Below, piece by piece: positions 28,667 to 42,810 of a stretch of DNA of 64,000 bases. Position 1 is the first letter of the stretch. Every line of letters starts with the position of its first letter. Source of the stretch: Octopus vulgaris (lineage: Eukaryota). Below the pieces are notes generated by a model. The model did no database searches, was not told the origin of the DNA, and was given only the letters and a program-made list of their open reading frames with translations. The stretch spans positions 28,644,001 through 28,708,000 of the forward strand of contig OX597828.1 of the NCBI GenBank assembly GCA_951406725.2. Direction: 5' to 3'. A program made the position numbers and the translations under genes.

Positions 28667-28872
28667 CTACAGGCATAACCGTGTTTCCTACACAACAGGA
28701 TCCCAAACTTTTCTTCTAATTTTTCTAAATTTAATTATTTAATCGTTACAGTTGAAAAGGTCTCAAAATGACCGAAACCGGTACTGAAATGTTCTTTATA
28801 AAATTATTTTAGCATTTTCTATTTTGACTTGTTTTTTCATATATATCAACTCATGTGTTCCTTTTCACCCTT
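28665..28872 (+). mobile_element. (TA)n-flanked hammerhead element (Penelope-like pLTR)
   Basis: Unique ~200 bp between two (TA)n tracts, containing a hammerhead at 28749-28786. Confidence 0.65.
28749..28786 (+). ncRNA. Minimal type-I hammerhead, U3-A8 variant
   Basis: CAG TTGAAAA GGTC tcaaaat GACC GAA ACCGGT A CTG: stems I and II intact, palindromic stem III, GUA cleavage triplet. Confidence 0.75.
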
Positions 28873-28924
<52 letters not shown>

Positions 28925-29812
28925 GTAAACAAATAGATGCGTTGCGTTACACAGATATTTCAAGGGCTGAATAAAAAGAACACTAGAAACGGGAAAATTA
29001 ACAAAAACGTAACAAACACAAAAGCGCGCGCGCACGCACGCACACACACACACACACACATACACACACACATACACCTGAGTATGTTTATGTATTTCTT
29101 TGTCCTGTCATCACGTGATTGCTGTAAATGAATGTCATTCATTTCCAATATTCTGCAAAAAACATAACTGGCCACAGAAAGATATCTTATTTGCAATGAG
29201 GCATGTGTTGGCGACAGGAAGGGCATTCGGCCATAGAATATCTGTCTCAAATAAACTCTGCCCACTCCATGCAAGCAAGTAAAAGGGAACGTTAAAAAAT
29301 GATCTCCATGACGGTCCTTTTTTAAAAAAAAACCCAACTAAATCTCGTTTAACGCCATATTTGCTTGTTTCGTATTTTAGAAACCTTTTCTTTTGTTTGT
29401 TTGTGTTTACATGCTTATTTCTCAGTGAAACTGTTTTCAAATATTGATAAAAGAACTTCGTCATCGTCACTGTAAGAATTTCTGAATGAAAGCTTACTGT
29501 TCGGATGAATGTTATTTTGTTGGCGGCGGAAAATACAATGGCGGCGGAAAAATTGACAAGATCGTTTCAATCTGGAGATCTGGATAACCATAATTTGAGA
29601 TGATGAGTCGGCAGGCGGCAAATGAAAGTAATCTATTCAATCAAATTTTATCGGACGGTGGCCATAGTTGGTGAGATGGGCTGAAGTTTTGTTATATATT
29701 TGAGAGAGTTTCTATCTGTGGAACTGGGAATAAGTACAGCGCACAAACAAGTTGAGTCATAGTTGCGTTTTTATATAAACGTCTGAAATAAGCTGTGATA
29801 ACATCTATCTGC

Positions 29813-29857
<45 letters not shown>

Positions 29858-29980
29858 GATATATCTATCTATCTATCTATCAACCTATCAACCTATCTAT
29901 CTATCAATCAACCTATCTATCTATCTATCTATCTATCAATCAACCTATCTATCTATCTATCTATCTATCTATCAATCAAC

Positions 29981-30049
<69 letters not shown>

Positions 30050-31019
30050 AATCAGCCTATCAACCTATCTATCTGCATGTAACTGTCTGTCTTATTGTCT
30101 CTATCTTACTCACATACTTACGCACATGTGCCTAACCTGAATTTGTTTCCTCATACCTTTCACAAAAATGGATATTTTTAAAGGAAATTCACTACAAATA
30201 CATTTGTATGTGTGTGTGTGTGCGTGCGCGCGTGCATATGTACGAGAAAAGCATCCAGTACATGCTGTATAGTGGTTAGCGTTCCGAAGGTCATTCAACC
30301 GTACGAACCATGCCAGAAGACAGTCCAACACATGCCAGCATGGAATATGGACGTTAAATAATAACGATGATGATATATATATATATACATACATACATAC
30401 ATATCTATACACACACACACACGCACACATATATACACACATATACGCACACACACACACACATATATATATACACACACACACACACATACACAAATGT
30501 ATATATGTATATATATATATATGCTGAGATACGTGTATATATGTAGGCAAGTTGTAACAGAATACCGTAACGCAAATTGTATTTAGCATTGATTTTCACG
30601 TTCACTGGCTTTCTTATAATATAGAAATTAATGGAAATAGGTTTCAGATAACGGAATTTCACGTAAGAGCAAGACGTTTCCGTAACATGGAGGGCGCCTA
30701 GATATATTTGTACTCATATGAATATATAAGCGAACATGCACATGCGCACACACTCTCTCTCTCTCTCTCTCTCTCTCTGAGCTTTGTATTCTAATATTGT
30801 CTCTTTGTGTTTCACTCCCACCTCGTCTATATTTCCTACTCTCCCTTTACTCTCACTCTTTCTGTGCCATAATTCTCTTTAAAAAAAATTCAAACTGGAA
30901 GATAACATTCTCGTTTGAACAATAGAATGATTTTTATCGTAACAGGGCTGCGGATGATGACAACAGCAGTTCCAGTGTTTATGGTGGTGGTGATGATGAT
31001 GTTGTTCACGATAGTGGTG

Positions 31020-31052
<33 letters not shown>

Positions 31053-31487
31053 GTGGGGGTGACGGTGATATAATTTTGCTAATGATAATATCGTTCGCGT
31101 AGTTGATGCTTGTGATGACAACGATGATGATGTTGCTTATGATGATGATAACTATGATGGTGATGATGGTGATGATGGTGATAGCGTCTATACTGATATC
31201 ACATTGTTGATGGTAATAATCCAGATTCTAGAGGTTATGATGATATCACAATGACGCTAAAGTTTACGAAGTTATGACGATGATGATGATGACGATGATG
31301 ATAATGATGATGGGGATGATGATAATGATGATAATGATGTTGATGATGATGATGATATCTGCACAGATATTCTACAGTTCATAATGAAGATAGAGAAGTG
31401 ATGACTGTGGCGATGGCGATAACTCCACCACCACTAATAATAATAATAATAATAATAATAGTAATAATAATAATAATAATGATGATG

Positions 31488-31531
<44 letters not shown>

Positions 31532-31605
31532 TTCTTTTATTTTCCACTAGAGTGACGAATGAGTGGAGCAATACATAATAATAACAATAATTAAAACATA
31601 ACAGA

Positions 31606-31692
<87 letters not shown>

Positions 31693-32109
31693 TGTAACAA
31701 TAGAAATTATAACATGATGATGATGACGTTAGCAGTTGAGATCATATGATAATATCAGAAATGGTGAAGACGATGACGCTATAAATAATGTGATGGCGAT
31801 GATGATGATGATGATGATGATAGTAATGATGATGAGGATGATGATGACGGCGATGATGATAATGATCATGGTGATGATGAACATTACATTGATGTTCGTA
31901 GAGAATTGGTGGTGGTGGTGGTGGTGATGGTGGTGGTAGTGGTGGAGCAGTTAGTGTTTAAGAATAGCAAACGAATAAATCAAAACAAATTGAAATTTAA
32001 AAAAATAAATAAATAAATAAATAAATAAATGAATAAAATCAAAACGAAACTAAAAAGAACAAAATACATCCTGCATCCTCCAAACCAAAATGTTTTGTGG
32101 TTTTCTTGT

Positions 32110-32154
<45 letters not shown>

Positions 32155-32328
32155 TCTTTGCTTCTCAAAATTTATTATTCTTTTGCCGTTTGTTAAATGT
32201 TATGCTTCAGTGGTTTATTTTGGATCAATACACTACGAATGTTCTCGAACGAGTTCATTGAATTAGCAGCGTTCATTAAAAGAAATGAAATCGTTACTCT
32301 ACTACAACAGTAAGCAAGTTTTCCTATG

Positions 32329-32370
<42 letters not shown>

Positions 32371-32400
32371 GATATGTGTTTGTATACGCACCCACCTACC

Positions 32401-32486
<86 letters not shown>

Positions 32487-32980
32487 AATGTAAATATATA
32501 TATATATATATATATGTATACATATAACAGTAAATATACATATAAAACATATATATAAATGTAAAAAAATATATATAAAATATATATAAAACATATATAA
32601 AATATAAATGTGTGTGTGTGTTTGTCTGGGTAGGAGTTACATATTTTTTTTTATTCAATTTATTAGGATACCAAAAAACTAGCAGACGACTGGCATGTGT
32701 AACGGCCATTAATGTTTGAGCTGTTGGTTAAGATGAGCTGAACAAAGAAAAAAATGTTGTTCGCCTTAAGTATGTATAATGTATATATGCGTATGCGTTC
32801 AGATAAATATATTTTGCGTATATGTACTTCTATACACATACATACATACATACACATATATATATATATATATATATACACATACACATACACATACATA
32901 CATACATACATACATACATACACATACATACATACATACATACATACATACATACATACATACATACATACATACATACA

Positions 32981-33055
<75 letters not shown>

Positions 33056-33604
33056 TATGTACACTTATGTCTATGTGTGTTTGTGTATAAATATTTGTAA
33101 TTTTGAATAGAAGTTGTAGTCAGCCGCAAGTAGGAAAATCATCCCCCACCTCGCCACACAAAAAAGCGAAAGCGTGCTAAGGAAGGCGGGGGTGGGGGGC
33201 TTGTACTCGACAACGAGTCGACGCCCGCCATATATACACATGCGTGCGCACATAATAACACACACAGTTTAATGTCAAACTTTTTTATTATGAGTCGACA
33301 TAAGGCGGCGGCGAGCTGGCAAAATCGTTACTGCCGCGGACAAAATGCTTAGCGGAATTTTATCCGTCTTTACTTCTGAGTTCAAATGCCACCGGGACGG
33401 GATCGATAAACACAAGGACAGAACCAGGCGACACACTGCTCGAATATTATGGTCATGGATCTTATCCAGGAGTCCTCAACTAGTAGTGAGCTAGCTATTG
33501 TGTGTGCCGCCCAGAGTAGCCTTTGAATTTGCTCTACGACCCCACCACCAAGTTATAAGCCGATACAGGCTTATACTGCAGACCCAAAAGTGCCGCCTCA
33601 TGAA

Positions 33605-34095
33605 AGAGTCATCAGGGAAGCGAAGTTGTTTTCGCAAGCGAGTTCGGGACTACAGTTATGAACTCATTTGCATACAGCCAATCAGAGCTCAACTATCAAA
33701 CTAATTTATGAGCGCATAAGAAGCGATGGGCGATAAGATAAGGTCACTTGGGTAAGGAATGACCAACTATGCTTCTTTTCTCTTTTAATAATGCTTGTTG
33801 TTCTTGTTCTTGTTCCAACCATGGCTGCCTCTGCGTAGTTATTTGTGTTGGTTTTTATTTTGTAAAACATTAAAGGGAGAGGGTTGTTAGCACATCATCC
33901 ACGATGATATTGGCATCTGAATGAGAGCACAATGCAAGATTCGCATGGAATCTCAGATCGCCATTTTGAACGTTAACCTTTGTTAACTTGACAACAAGGT
34001 CAAGGTGAGCTCTGATTGGCTGTATGCAAATGAGTTCATTACTAGGGTCTGGAACTCACGTGGGGAAAAAGTTTTGCACCCGGGAAAGACTATCC
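33605..34095. mobile_element. MITE-like inverted-repeat element with octamer and CCAAT motifs in its arms
   Basis: Perfect 34-bp inverted repeat 33658-33691 / 34006-34039 with degenerate outer extension. Confidence 0.6.
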
Positions 34096-34507
34096 CTTCG
34101 CTGCCCCCGAGATACGCTGCAGTCATCTCGTCCTAAATAATTTTATTTCCCAATACTTCACGCTTAACATCTAATTATTATGAAGCGCATTCTTTTATAT
34201 CTTATCGTCAATGGGAAACTTTGAGAATCTAAATCCGTTCAACCCATTTTGCAAAGCAAACACTCCAAATAAGGAGAGACGGCAAAATAAATGCATCCCC
34301 GCGTTACGGCTACCCTAGGTTTCGGGTTTTCGCGCTTACAGAAACTGTAAAGTATGCCCAGTAGTTTCGGGATACGGTCTGTAATTTCGCTCTTACGGAA
34401 ATTCGTATTGCGCAGTCTTCTTAACTCAATGGCCACTTGCGCTGTAGTGAAGATCAAAGTATTGAGTAAAATGATTTGCAAAACTATCAACACGTTACAC
34501 ACACACA

Positions 34508-34567
<60 letters not shown>

Positions 34568-34600
34568 GAACATAATGTGAGAGCGTGTGTATATATATAT

Positions 34601-34781
34601 AGTGAGAATTTACAAAAAAAACGAAAGACGAAGACAGGTGTGTAAACAACAAACAGATGTATTAGTTTAACGCTCGGGAAGTGAGAAAGTCTTTTACGTT
34701 TCGAGCTCTTCGACAGAAAGGAACACAGAAATAAAGAGGGAGAGAAAATAGAAAAAGGTTTAGTGGCTAGCGATCTATCAT
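34601..34781 (-). mobile_element. Hammerhead element family A copy with stem II deleted (HHR remnant 34691-34720)
   Basis: Minus strand CTTT CTGTCGA AGAGCTC GAA ACGT A AAAG. Confidence 0.7.
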
Positions 34782-35060
34782 ATGCGTATGTACGTATGTA
34801 TGTATGTATGCGTTTCTATCATCAACGCCAATACAACCAATAACAGCAACGGTAATATATCTTATGAAGTAGATAAACAAACCCATTTCAAATAAAATCA
34901 CAGAACGTGGTATCCTGGTGTATTTTAAATGTTGAATGAAGTGTTTTCAATTTTCGGTCTACGAAGATTGACTTGAGACCAAACAGTTACAAAAATTAGT
35001 AAGAATAATACGACCATTCCAACGCCAACAATACACACCTATCATAACAAACATCTAAAC

Positions 35061-37222
35061 CAGGGGTATGCAACAGACGGCTCGCAGGCCACAATTTTTT
35101 TCATAGCTGTAAGACAAATTTTACAGTTTTCGATTCGACCTTACTAAATATTAAGGACGTCGCATTTTTGAATTTCAAGCGTGCTACACAGGAAGACTTT
35201 GTTTTGAACTAATTACCCATTTCTTATAGTTACTAGAAGACAAACCATCAATTCAAATTTCTAGAAAATTGCACTCTTTAAGCCCTTCCCTTTCGCCTTT
35301 GTGATAATTCAAACTGTTTTAATATTTTTCATATTTTATGCAGGTAAAGATGTCTGATGCTAAAAATCGTAAAATTAATGATGAGGTAAGAATATTCAAC
35401 AATCACTGGAGCAACAAATATTTGGTTGTTCAGCTCAACAAATGTGTCGTATGAGTAATCTGTCAAACTACAATAGCCATAATGAAGGAATACAACGTTA
35501 AACATCATTATGCAATGAAACTTTCAACAATATATATGATACATTGGTCGTTCAAGCTCTAGTGGACACACTAGAACAGATGACCAAGTCAATTAAGAAG
35601 CAACAAGGAGTATTTAGATTTTATAAGAAATACTCTAAGCTTGTAACAAAGCCTAGCTTCAAAATCTGTGAATCAATCGCAGAAAAGGAGAAACCCTTCA
35701 ATGATGGAGAATTCATAAAATGTTGCTTGGGCATATTTACAGATTTTGCATGTCCCGAAAAGAAATATTTATTGCAGCAAACCAGTCTCTCTCGTTTTAC
35801 TGTTTCGCGCAGAATGAATAAACTTGCAGAAAATATCGAAGAGACTTTAAAGGAGAGGATAAATAGATGTGCAGTATATAGTTTGGCTCTTGATGAAAGC
35901 ACAGATGTGTCACTGCCAAATTGGTTGTGTGTGAATGAGGAGTTATTGACAATTTTGAAATAACTGAAGAATTTTTGGACAGGTCCAGTATGTCTTCAAC
36001 AACCACTGGACAAGACATTAGTAAACAAATCTTGCAGTTGATGGAGAAGTTTCAACTTGACCCTTCTAAACTGTGTGGCTTAACAACTGATGGGTCACCC
36101 TTAATGAAAGGTAGAACAATGGATTCACCAAAAAATTTTTGGATACCATCGGTTCACAAGAGGTTGTGGTGAATCACTGCCATTATATACCAGGAAAGCT
36201 TGTGCACCAAAGTACTCGGCTTTACTGATGTTGTAGAAAATATTGTTCAATGTGTGAATTAAATTCATTCTTGAGGACTAAATCATCGGCAGTTTAAGAC
36301 CTTCTTAGAAGAACTTGACTCGGATTACCCTGATGTTGTGTACTTCTGTGCAGTGCATTGGCTCAGTAGAGCTGCTACTTTAAGAAGATTTTGGGATCTA
36401 AGAAAGGAGATCGGGTCATTCAAGGTAAATAAGCAAAAAGATGTTGCTTATTTAAATGATGGTGACTAGTTAAATGACACTGCTTTCCTAACTGACATCA
36501 GATTTAAATGTTAAACTGCAAGGTAAAAGTCAGCTGGTGAACAAAATGTCTGAACACATTTGTTCCTTTGAAAAGAAACTACAACTTTTTCAGACTCAGC
36601 TGAGTAGAACATCACTCATTCATTTTCCCAGTCCAGCTGTCAGAAAAGCAGAAATGCCAGATTTGGATTGTTCCAAATATGCTGAAAGTGTTGGTAAGTT
36701 GTGTGCTGAATTTACAAGCAGATTTGTTGATTTCAGGAAATATGAATCTGAGTTCAAGCTGTTTTCTCAGCTATTTGACTTGGTACCCGAGGACAGTCTC
36801 GATTGGTGTCAAATGGAGCTGATAGATTTACAATCTGATATGAACTCGAGAAGAGCATACGATAGCAATGACTTGGTTACCATTTGACAGCACGTATTGT
36901 TGTGAGCAGTTCTTCCCAAGAATGAAATTTCCAAGAAACAGATACCGGAGTCAGCTCACAGGTGAACATCTGACCAATCAGCTTCGTGTTTCCACCTCAT
37001 CAGTCAAAGCGGGCATTGATAAATTGTGTAAAAACACAAAAATACCAAATCTAACATTAATAAATCTAAACTTAATTTTATTTGTCTTTATTGTTTAAAA
37101 ATGTATTTATGCCTCAATGCACCAGTTGCCATTAGATTACATATTTTTGATGGTGACTGGTCCTAATTGTTGTTCCAATATTCGAAAGTGGCCCCACAAA
37201 TGAAAAGTGGTACACACTTCTG
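35061..37222 (+). mobile_element. hAT transposon (SPIN/Charlie/GTF2IRD2-like), full length, decayed
   Basis: Starts CAGGGGTATGCAAC and ends with a degenerate TIR; 8-bp TSD ATCTAAAC/GTCTAAAC; internal transposase. Confidence 0.9.
35350..37060 (+). pseudogene. hAT transposase pseudogene
   Basis: KEYNVKHHY zinc-finger region, KPFNDGEFIK, SLALDESTD, TTDGSPLM, WLSR and STYCCEQFF motifs with stops and frameshifts. Confidence 0.9.
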
Positions 37223-37349
37223 GTCTAAACCAATGCAAGCCATATCATCACCACTATCAACCCACCAAACTTTGAATCAGCACATACGCCAACACGCGTC
37301 TGCATGTATGTGTTTATACCTTAAATCAGAAGTGCAAGGGGCGAATTGC

Positions 37350-38793
37350 CTATAAAATCTAGTGCCCCTTCATACGATTTCTTTGCTCCAGCCAATGGAT
37401 CAAGGTGTGATAGCTAATTTCAAGGCATATTATATAAGAAAAACCTTTAAACAACTTAAAAAAGCATCTAACAGAGAGAATAAATCTAAAGTTAGAGATT
37501 TCTGGTAGAGATCCAACATAATGGTTGCTGTAGCTAATATAGGTAAGTGATGGGATGAAGTGAAATCATCAATTTTGAACAGTGCTTGGCAAAATATATG
37601 CCCAGACTGTATACGTAACATTACAAGTTTTCCTCGGGCAGAAAGTCTACATCGAATTCTGAAAGATATTGTGACACTTGCAAAGAATGTAGTCATAATG
37701 GATAAAGTGATTGAGTTGCTAGTGTCTCAGAGAGAATTCTTATCTAACTCGGAGCTGACGCTGGATAAAGAACAATCTGAGAATACAGATGAGACAAAAG
37801 TTCCTCTGACACCACTTAAACTGACTACAAAAATTATTGCTAAAAAGTTGGTTCTTAAAGAAAGGTCTGCAGGTTTTTATTGATAAAAATACTTATCGCG
37901 AACGTAACATAAATATTACAAGAGGAATTTACAATGAGCTCAGTTCCTATAAAGCTGTACAAAGGGATAACCCAGTGGTTAGGGCAGCGGACACGCGGTC
38001 ATAGGATCGCGGTTTCGATTCCCAGACCGGGCGTTGTGAGTGTTTATTGAGCGAAAACACGAGGCTCCGGCAGGGTATGGTGGTGATCCCTGCTGTACTC
38101 TTTCACCACAACTTTCTCTCACTCTTACTTCCTGTTTCTGTTGTACCTGTATTTCAAGGGGCCGGCCTTGTCACTCTCTGTGTCACGCTGAATATCCCCG
38201 AGAACTACGTTAAGGGTGCACGTGTCTGTGGAGTGCTCAGCCACTTACACGTTAATTTCACGAGCAGGCTGTTCCGTTGATTCGGATCAACCGGAACCCT
38301 CATCGTCGTAACCGACGGAGTGCTTCTACTACAAAGGGATGATGCGTCATAAACAACAAACAACTTTGGATAAGGTCTCAGCCCCCCGCCCCCGCACCCC
38401 AAGCCGATGTTCAGGGTAACAAACTATGTCCTTCTTCCTCCTAGTACCGCTCATTCCACCCCTCTCACACAGAACGTATTCTGTGTTAAGAACGTATTCT
38501 TGCGATATTGCGATTCTTATTAATTCCTTAACTTATTCTCCTCTTGAAATGTTTTTGCGTTTTATGCCTCTGTATTTTATGTTTACAAGTTGCTATTCTC
38601 ATACATCAAGGTGACTGTGTTGCTTGTTCTTTGCTGTTTTCTTGTGCTTTTTTTCGTTTCTTTTTTTTTTTTTTAAAGTCCGAGCAACGCGTAATATGAA
38701 AATCAATGAGAAAAATGAACTTCGCATTACGAAATTTCGTGTTACGACCACATTTTCAGGAACGCATTGCTTCCATAAAGCGAGAGATTCCTT
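37350..38793 (+). mobile_element. pogo/Tigger (DDE_1) transposon 3' remnant interrupted by a SINE
   Basis: LLQPMDQGVIANFKAYYIRK motif at ~37383-37440; Tigger-like terminal sequence near 38720-38793. Confidence 0.7.
37969..38329 (+). mobile_element. tRNA-SINE family C, slightly 5'-truncated
   Basis: Nearly identical to 15604-15981; 11-bp TSD TACAAAGGGAT at 37958-37968 and 38330-38340. Confidence 0.9.
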
Positions 38794-38908
38794 TATTAAT
38801 TTACAGCAAATGCCTTAACCTGTTGTTATAGTGAGGTTATCACCAAAATAAACCACAAGTCTCCTAAAAAAACACACACGAAATATCATAAGTTAAATGA
38901 AATCTTTA

Positions 38909-39198
38909 TTGGGTCATCCCATAAATAATGCGGTTTTTTCAATTGCATGAACTAAAAGTCGGAGGGGAACGGGATAAACTACCTGTATTAACTTGCTATA
39001 AAGAGCAGGTAGTAATTTTAATCCTATGCTTATTCTTAGTGCAAGTTTTGAAGAGTGCAGTTCGATTTTAACAGTTATTTTTTCTAAGCTGTAACGGAAG
39101 TGACAAAAGTGCATATTCGGCATATTTTGCTTTATGAGTTCAATAAAGGCAACAACGCAACGGAAAGTGCGAGGAATATTAATGCATATATATGGGAA
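38909..39198 (+). mobile_element. mariner 5' fragment (TIR plus N-terminal HTH)
   Basis: TA|TTGGGTCATCCCATAAATAATGCGG TIR-like start; EVTKVHIRHILLYEFNKGNNATESARNINA mariner HTH. Confidence 0.8.
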
Positions 39199-39349
39199 TC
39201 CTTAAGCAACTCTTTCTCCTCAGCACTTATCGCATGCTGACTGTTCGTCTCTAAGGCTTGTCTATGTTTTATTTAAAACTTTAAGTCGTGCATACATGTG
39301 ACACTCCAATAATAGCATTAGTGAAGTTGACTTATCCAATGCTATAAAA

Positions 39350-39807
39350 CCGGGGTCGGCAAAATGATCAGAGTTAGCCCCAGTGGTCATCCAAGGGGTC
39401 AATAAATTCCTGAAACGATTTTGAACATTAACAATACTGAATTATTTGCGAACTTAGCAGTAATTTAAGATTAAAACTCACCAATTTATAGCCAAATATT
39501 GATGTAATAACTAGTATTCACCAAATACATATTCCACATTAGATATTCTACTATATCAACATAACATGGCTTAAATTTTGATGTTCTTTATTAATTTCGT
39601 TAAGTATTTTCATTAAATTTCTTTAAATAATTCTTATTAAAAAGCAGTAATGACACTAAAGGGCGAAGGAATTTGTTTTTAGATCAAAAAATTTTTTTTT
39701 ATTAATTATACTTTTTAATTATATTTTAGAAATTTGCATGATGTAGGTCGATAAGTTATCAACGATTCCATGAAAGGGTCAATGATATAAGAAGTTTGCT
39801 GACCCAG
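39350..39807. mobile_element. hAT-type MITE remnant
   Basis: Ends CCGGGGTCGGCAAA ... TTTGCTGACCC are inverted; AT-rich interior. Confidence 0.5.
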
Positions 39808-41632
39808 AGCTCGAGAGAATTTACCAATTCGGCCGCAAAAGACGAGACCCCACTTAAAGCATTTAAGAACCAAACGACAGTGTGAAACCAGACGACAAAT
39901 TAATTACTATTCAAAAGTATTTTCGGTTTGATTCTGTACAGTTTTATTCTACACAGTTTTTCAGTTGACCTAAATCTTTGGTAGAAGACACTTCGCCAAA
40001 GAGACACGGTGTGGAATCGAATTAGGTTCAAAGAGATTTCGTAACGAATTTCTTAGCCATAAGTCTCTTGCTGTCTCTTACATGAACAGTAATATATACA
40101 TCTCTCTCTCTCTCCATCTCTCTCTCCATCTCTCTCTCTCTCCCCATCTCTCTCCCTCTCTCTCTCTCCCCATCTCTCTCTCCCTCTCTCTCTCTCCCCA
40201 TCTCTCTCTCTCCCTCTCTCTCTCTCTCTCTCCCCATCTCTCTCTCTCCCTCTCTCTCTCTAGTATTAGACATGAGAATAAAGTGAATTAGCACCAAGTT
40301 GAAATCAAGCCCGGGTCGTGAACACGCGTGCCGGGAGTTTAAAATTCATTTTACAACATCCGTCACTGCATGCATTAAAAATATTGAATGAAATTAACTT
40401 AGTGAGACACAAAAATAAAATAAAATAAAATAAAATGAAATGAAATAAAATGAAACTAAAAATATCTCGGAAGCTTTCTTGATTCCAACCTTGGGCCTCA
40501 GACCGAAAACTTTAGTTATTAATTCTAGACAATTTTTATTCGTTTATTTTCTTAGACCAAATTTTGGACATCTCTCTCTCACTCACTCACACACACACAC
40601 ACTTTCTCTCTCTCTCACTTTCTCTCCCTCTCATACACCCCCACACACATTGGTACCCCCCCACCAATCAAAGAGGAAAACAAAGTTTCCTCGCTCTCTT
40701 CTTCTCTCTCTTACCCTTTCTTTCTCTATCTCACAGCTCAAAGTGCATCTCTCTTTTTCCCCCCTCTCCCTCGCTCTCTCTCTCTGTCTCTCACTCTCCC
40801 ACTTCTCTCTCCCTCCTTTTCCTTTCACGATCGTTATATTCATAGGAATTACGTGGCCCAGTTTTTAAATATTTTAAAATTAATTTTAAAGTCCCGTTTT
40901 GATCTAAATTTTCTTTGATATTTCATAGAAAATTATTAACTGCGTAGAAATTTTAATTTTTTTGTTTTTACTTTAAAATATCATTTTAACTTTTTATACG
41001 TTTATTCTTAGTTATTTAATCATATTTTGTTGTTCTTTTTAAATTTTATTTTAAATATATTTCTTTAAATTATGGAAATCAGTGATTGGAGAGGCTTTTG
41101 TCTTTATATATCGCATTTTCAGTTTTCTCACACAAACTATGGGATAATTAGAGATTTGTTTTTAATATTTATTTAGTTATATATTTATTTTGTAGATTAT
41201 ATGATCGGTTTCTTGTCCAAATACGGTGTAATTGGAGACCCTAACCGAAATGAAAATATAAAAGAAAATAAAAATAATAATGATGATGATGATGATTATG
41301 ATAATAACAACAACAACAATAACCGTAATAATAATAATAGTACTAGCGGTCACTTATTAGCCACAGGGGCAACAGTTTTTCAGACAGATATTGAAATAGA
41401 CGGGCGATTTAAAATATTTTGAAGCCCCACCACCACCACCACCACGACATACACACGTGCAAGTGTGTATATACATAAAAATGCAAATTAGAAATATACA
41501 TATTTGCCTAAACACATTATCACCTTGCATACCGCCTTCATTTTCATAAAATACACGTTCGTACACTTATACGCAATTCTATGCGCCTGTGCGTAGTCTT
41601 ATTCATAGCTAATAAAATGTGTACACACACAC

Positions 41633-41671
<39 letters not shown>

Positions 41672-41896
41672 CATGGATTAACAACGAAGCCAAAGGTTTC
41701 ATGTCGAAAAAAATCTCGGCAATTCTTCAAGAGAACCACATAAGAATGGTGGTAATTGTCTCTATTTTGGATCGCTTGAAGGATTGAGAATTTCTTCTGC
41801 ATGAAAAGTTCGGTTGCCTTGTTAATCCATAAAGAAGACGATTTATGCATCATATACAGTGATGAGCACTCATGTACATCATACATACATATTTTT

Positions 41897-42086
41897 AGGC
41901 AGAGTTTACGAAAAAAACAACAAAAGACGAAGACAGGTGGTGTACAAAACAAACAGATGTATTAGTATAACGCTCAGGAATAGAAAAAGTATTTTACGTT
42001 TCGAGCCTACGCTCTTCTATAGAAAGGGACACAGAAAAAACAAAGAGAGAAAAAAATGTGTGTAGTGGCTAACGATCTATCATGGC

Positions 42087-42089
<3 letters not shown>
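41897..42089 (-). mobile_element. Hammerhead element family A copy (HHR 41991-42026, core mutated to CTATAGA)
   Basis: Homologous to 1622-1829; GAGC gtag GCTC GAA ACGT A retained. Confidence 0.7.
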
Positions 42090-42171
<82 letters not shown>

Positions 42172-42174
<3 letters not shown>

Positions 42175-42740
42175 GTACGCTGTAGCATAGCGCGATGGGG
42201 GATGACTCCCTCAAAGAGCTGGATGTTAAGACACTTGAAAGTCATAGACATGCGAGACAACTCGCTCCTAAACTCATCCACGAGTGACAGATCCCGATAT
42301 TTACGTGGTTTAACATCACGCATCTGAACCAAATCAAATCGCCGGCCAGGGACCATTTACGGCCATTTACACATATAGTGTAAAAACCATTTGCCGATAA
42401 GTCACGATGATGTATACATAAGAGTAAATTCAATTATGAATTAAAAGCGGTTTTAGTGTTGTAAACATTATCGTCCGCACATACTCAATGTATGACCTGC
42501 TTGTTCGCCGGCAGGCTGCTGTATAGAGCAGTCATAAACAGAGCGGACAACTTGCTCCTAACCCCATCCAGGAACGATGGATACAGATTTTTCGCCATCT
42601 TTGTGGCTGATCAACACTACGTATCTGAACCGAACAGATGGAGAATGGAAGAATTGTCTCACGTGTCTATGACTTTCAGGTGTTTTAACACCCAGCTCTT
42701 TGAGGAAGTCCTCCCCACCGCCTTATTCTGTAACGGACCG
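42172..42740. mobile_element. MITE/fold-back element with ~90-bp TIRs inserted in (TA)n
   Basis: GACTCCCTCAAAGAGCTGGATGTTAAGACACTTGAAAGTCATAGACATGCGAGACAA matches the reverse complement of 42653-42710; internal direct repeat 42258-42335 / 42548-42638. Confidence 0.75.
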
Positions 42741-42764
42741 GTGAACAAGCGAAACATGTGGTCA

Positions 42765-42807
<43 letters not shown>

Positions 42808-42810
<3 letters not shown>

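Noticed and set aside
29415-29640. Minus ORF ending SYSDDDEVLLSIFENSFTEK, and tandem TGGCGGCGGAAAAT motifs
   Set aside because: Weak acceptor and no recognisable domain; could be chance or a regulatory duplication.
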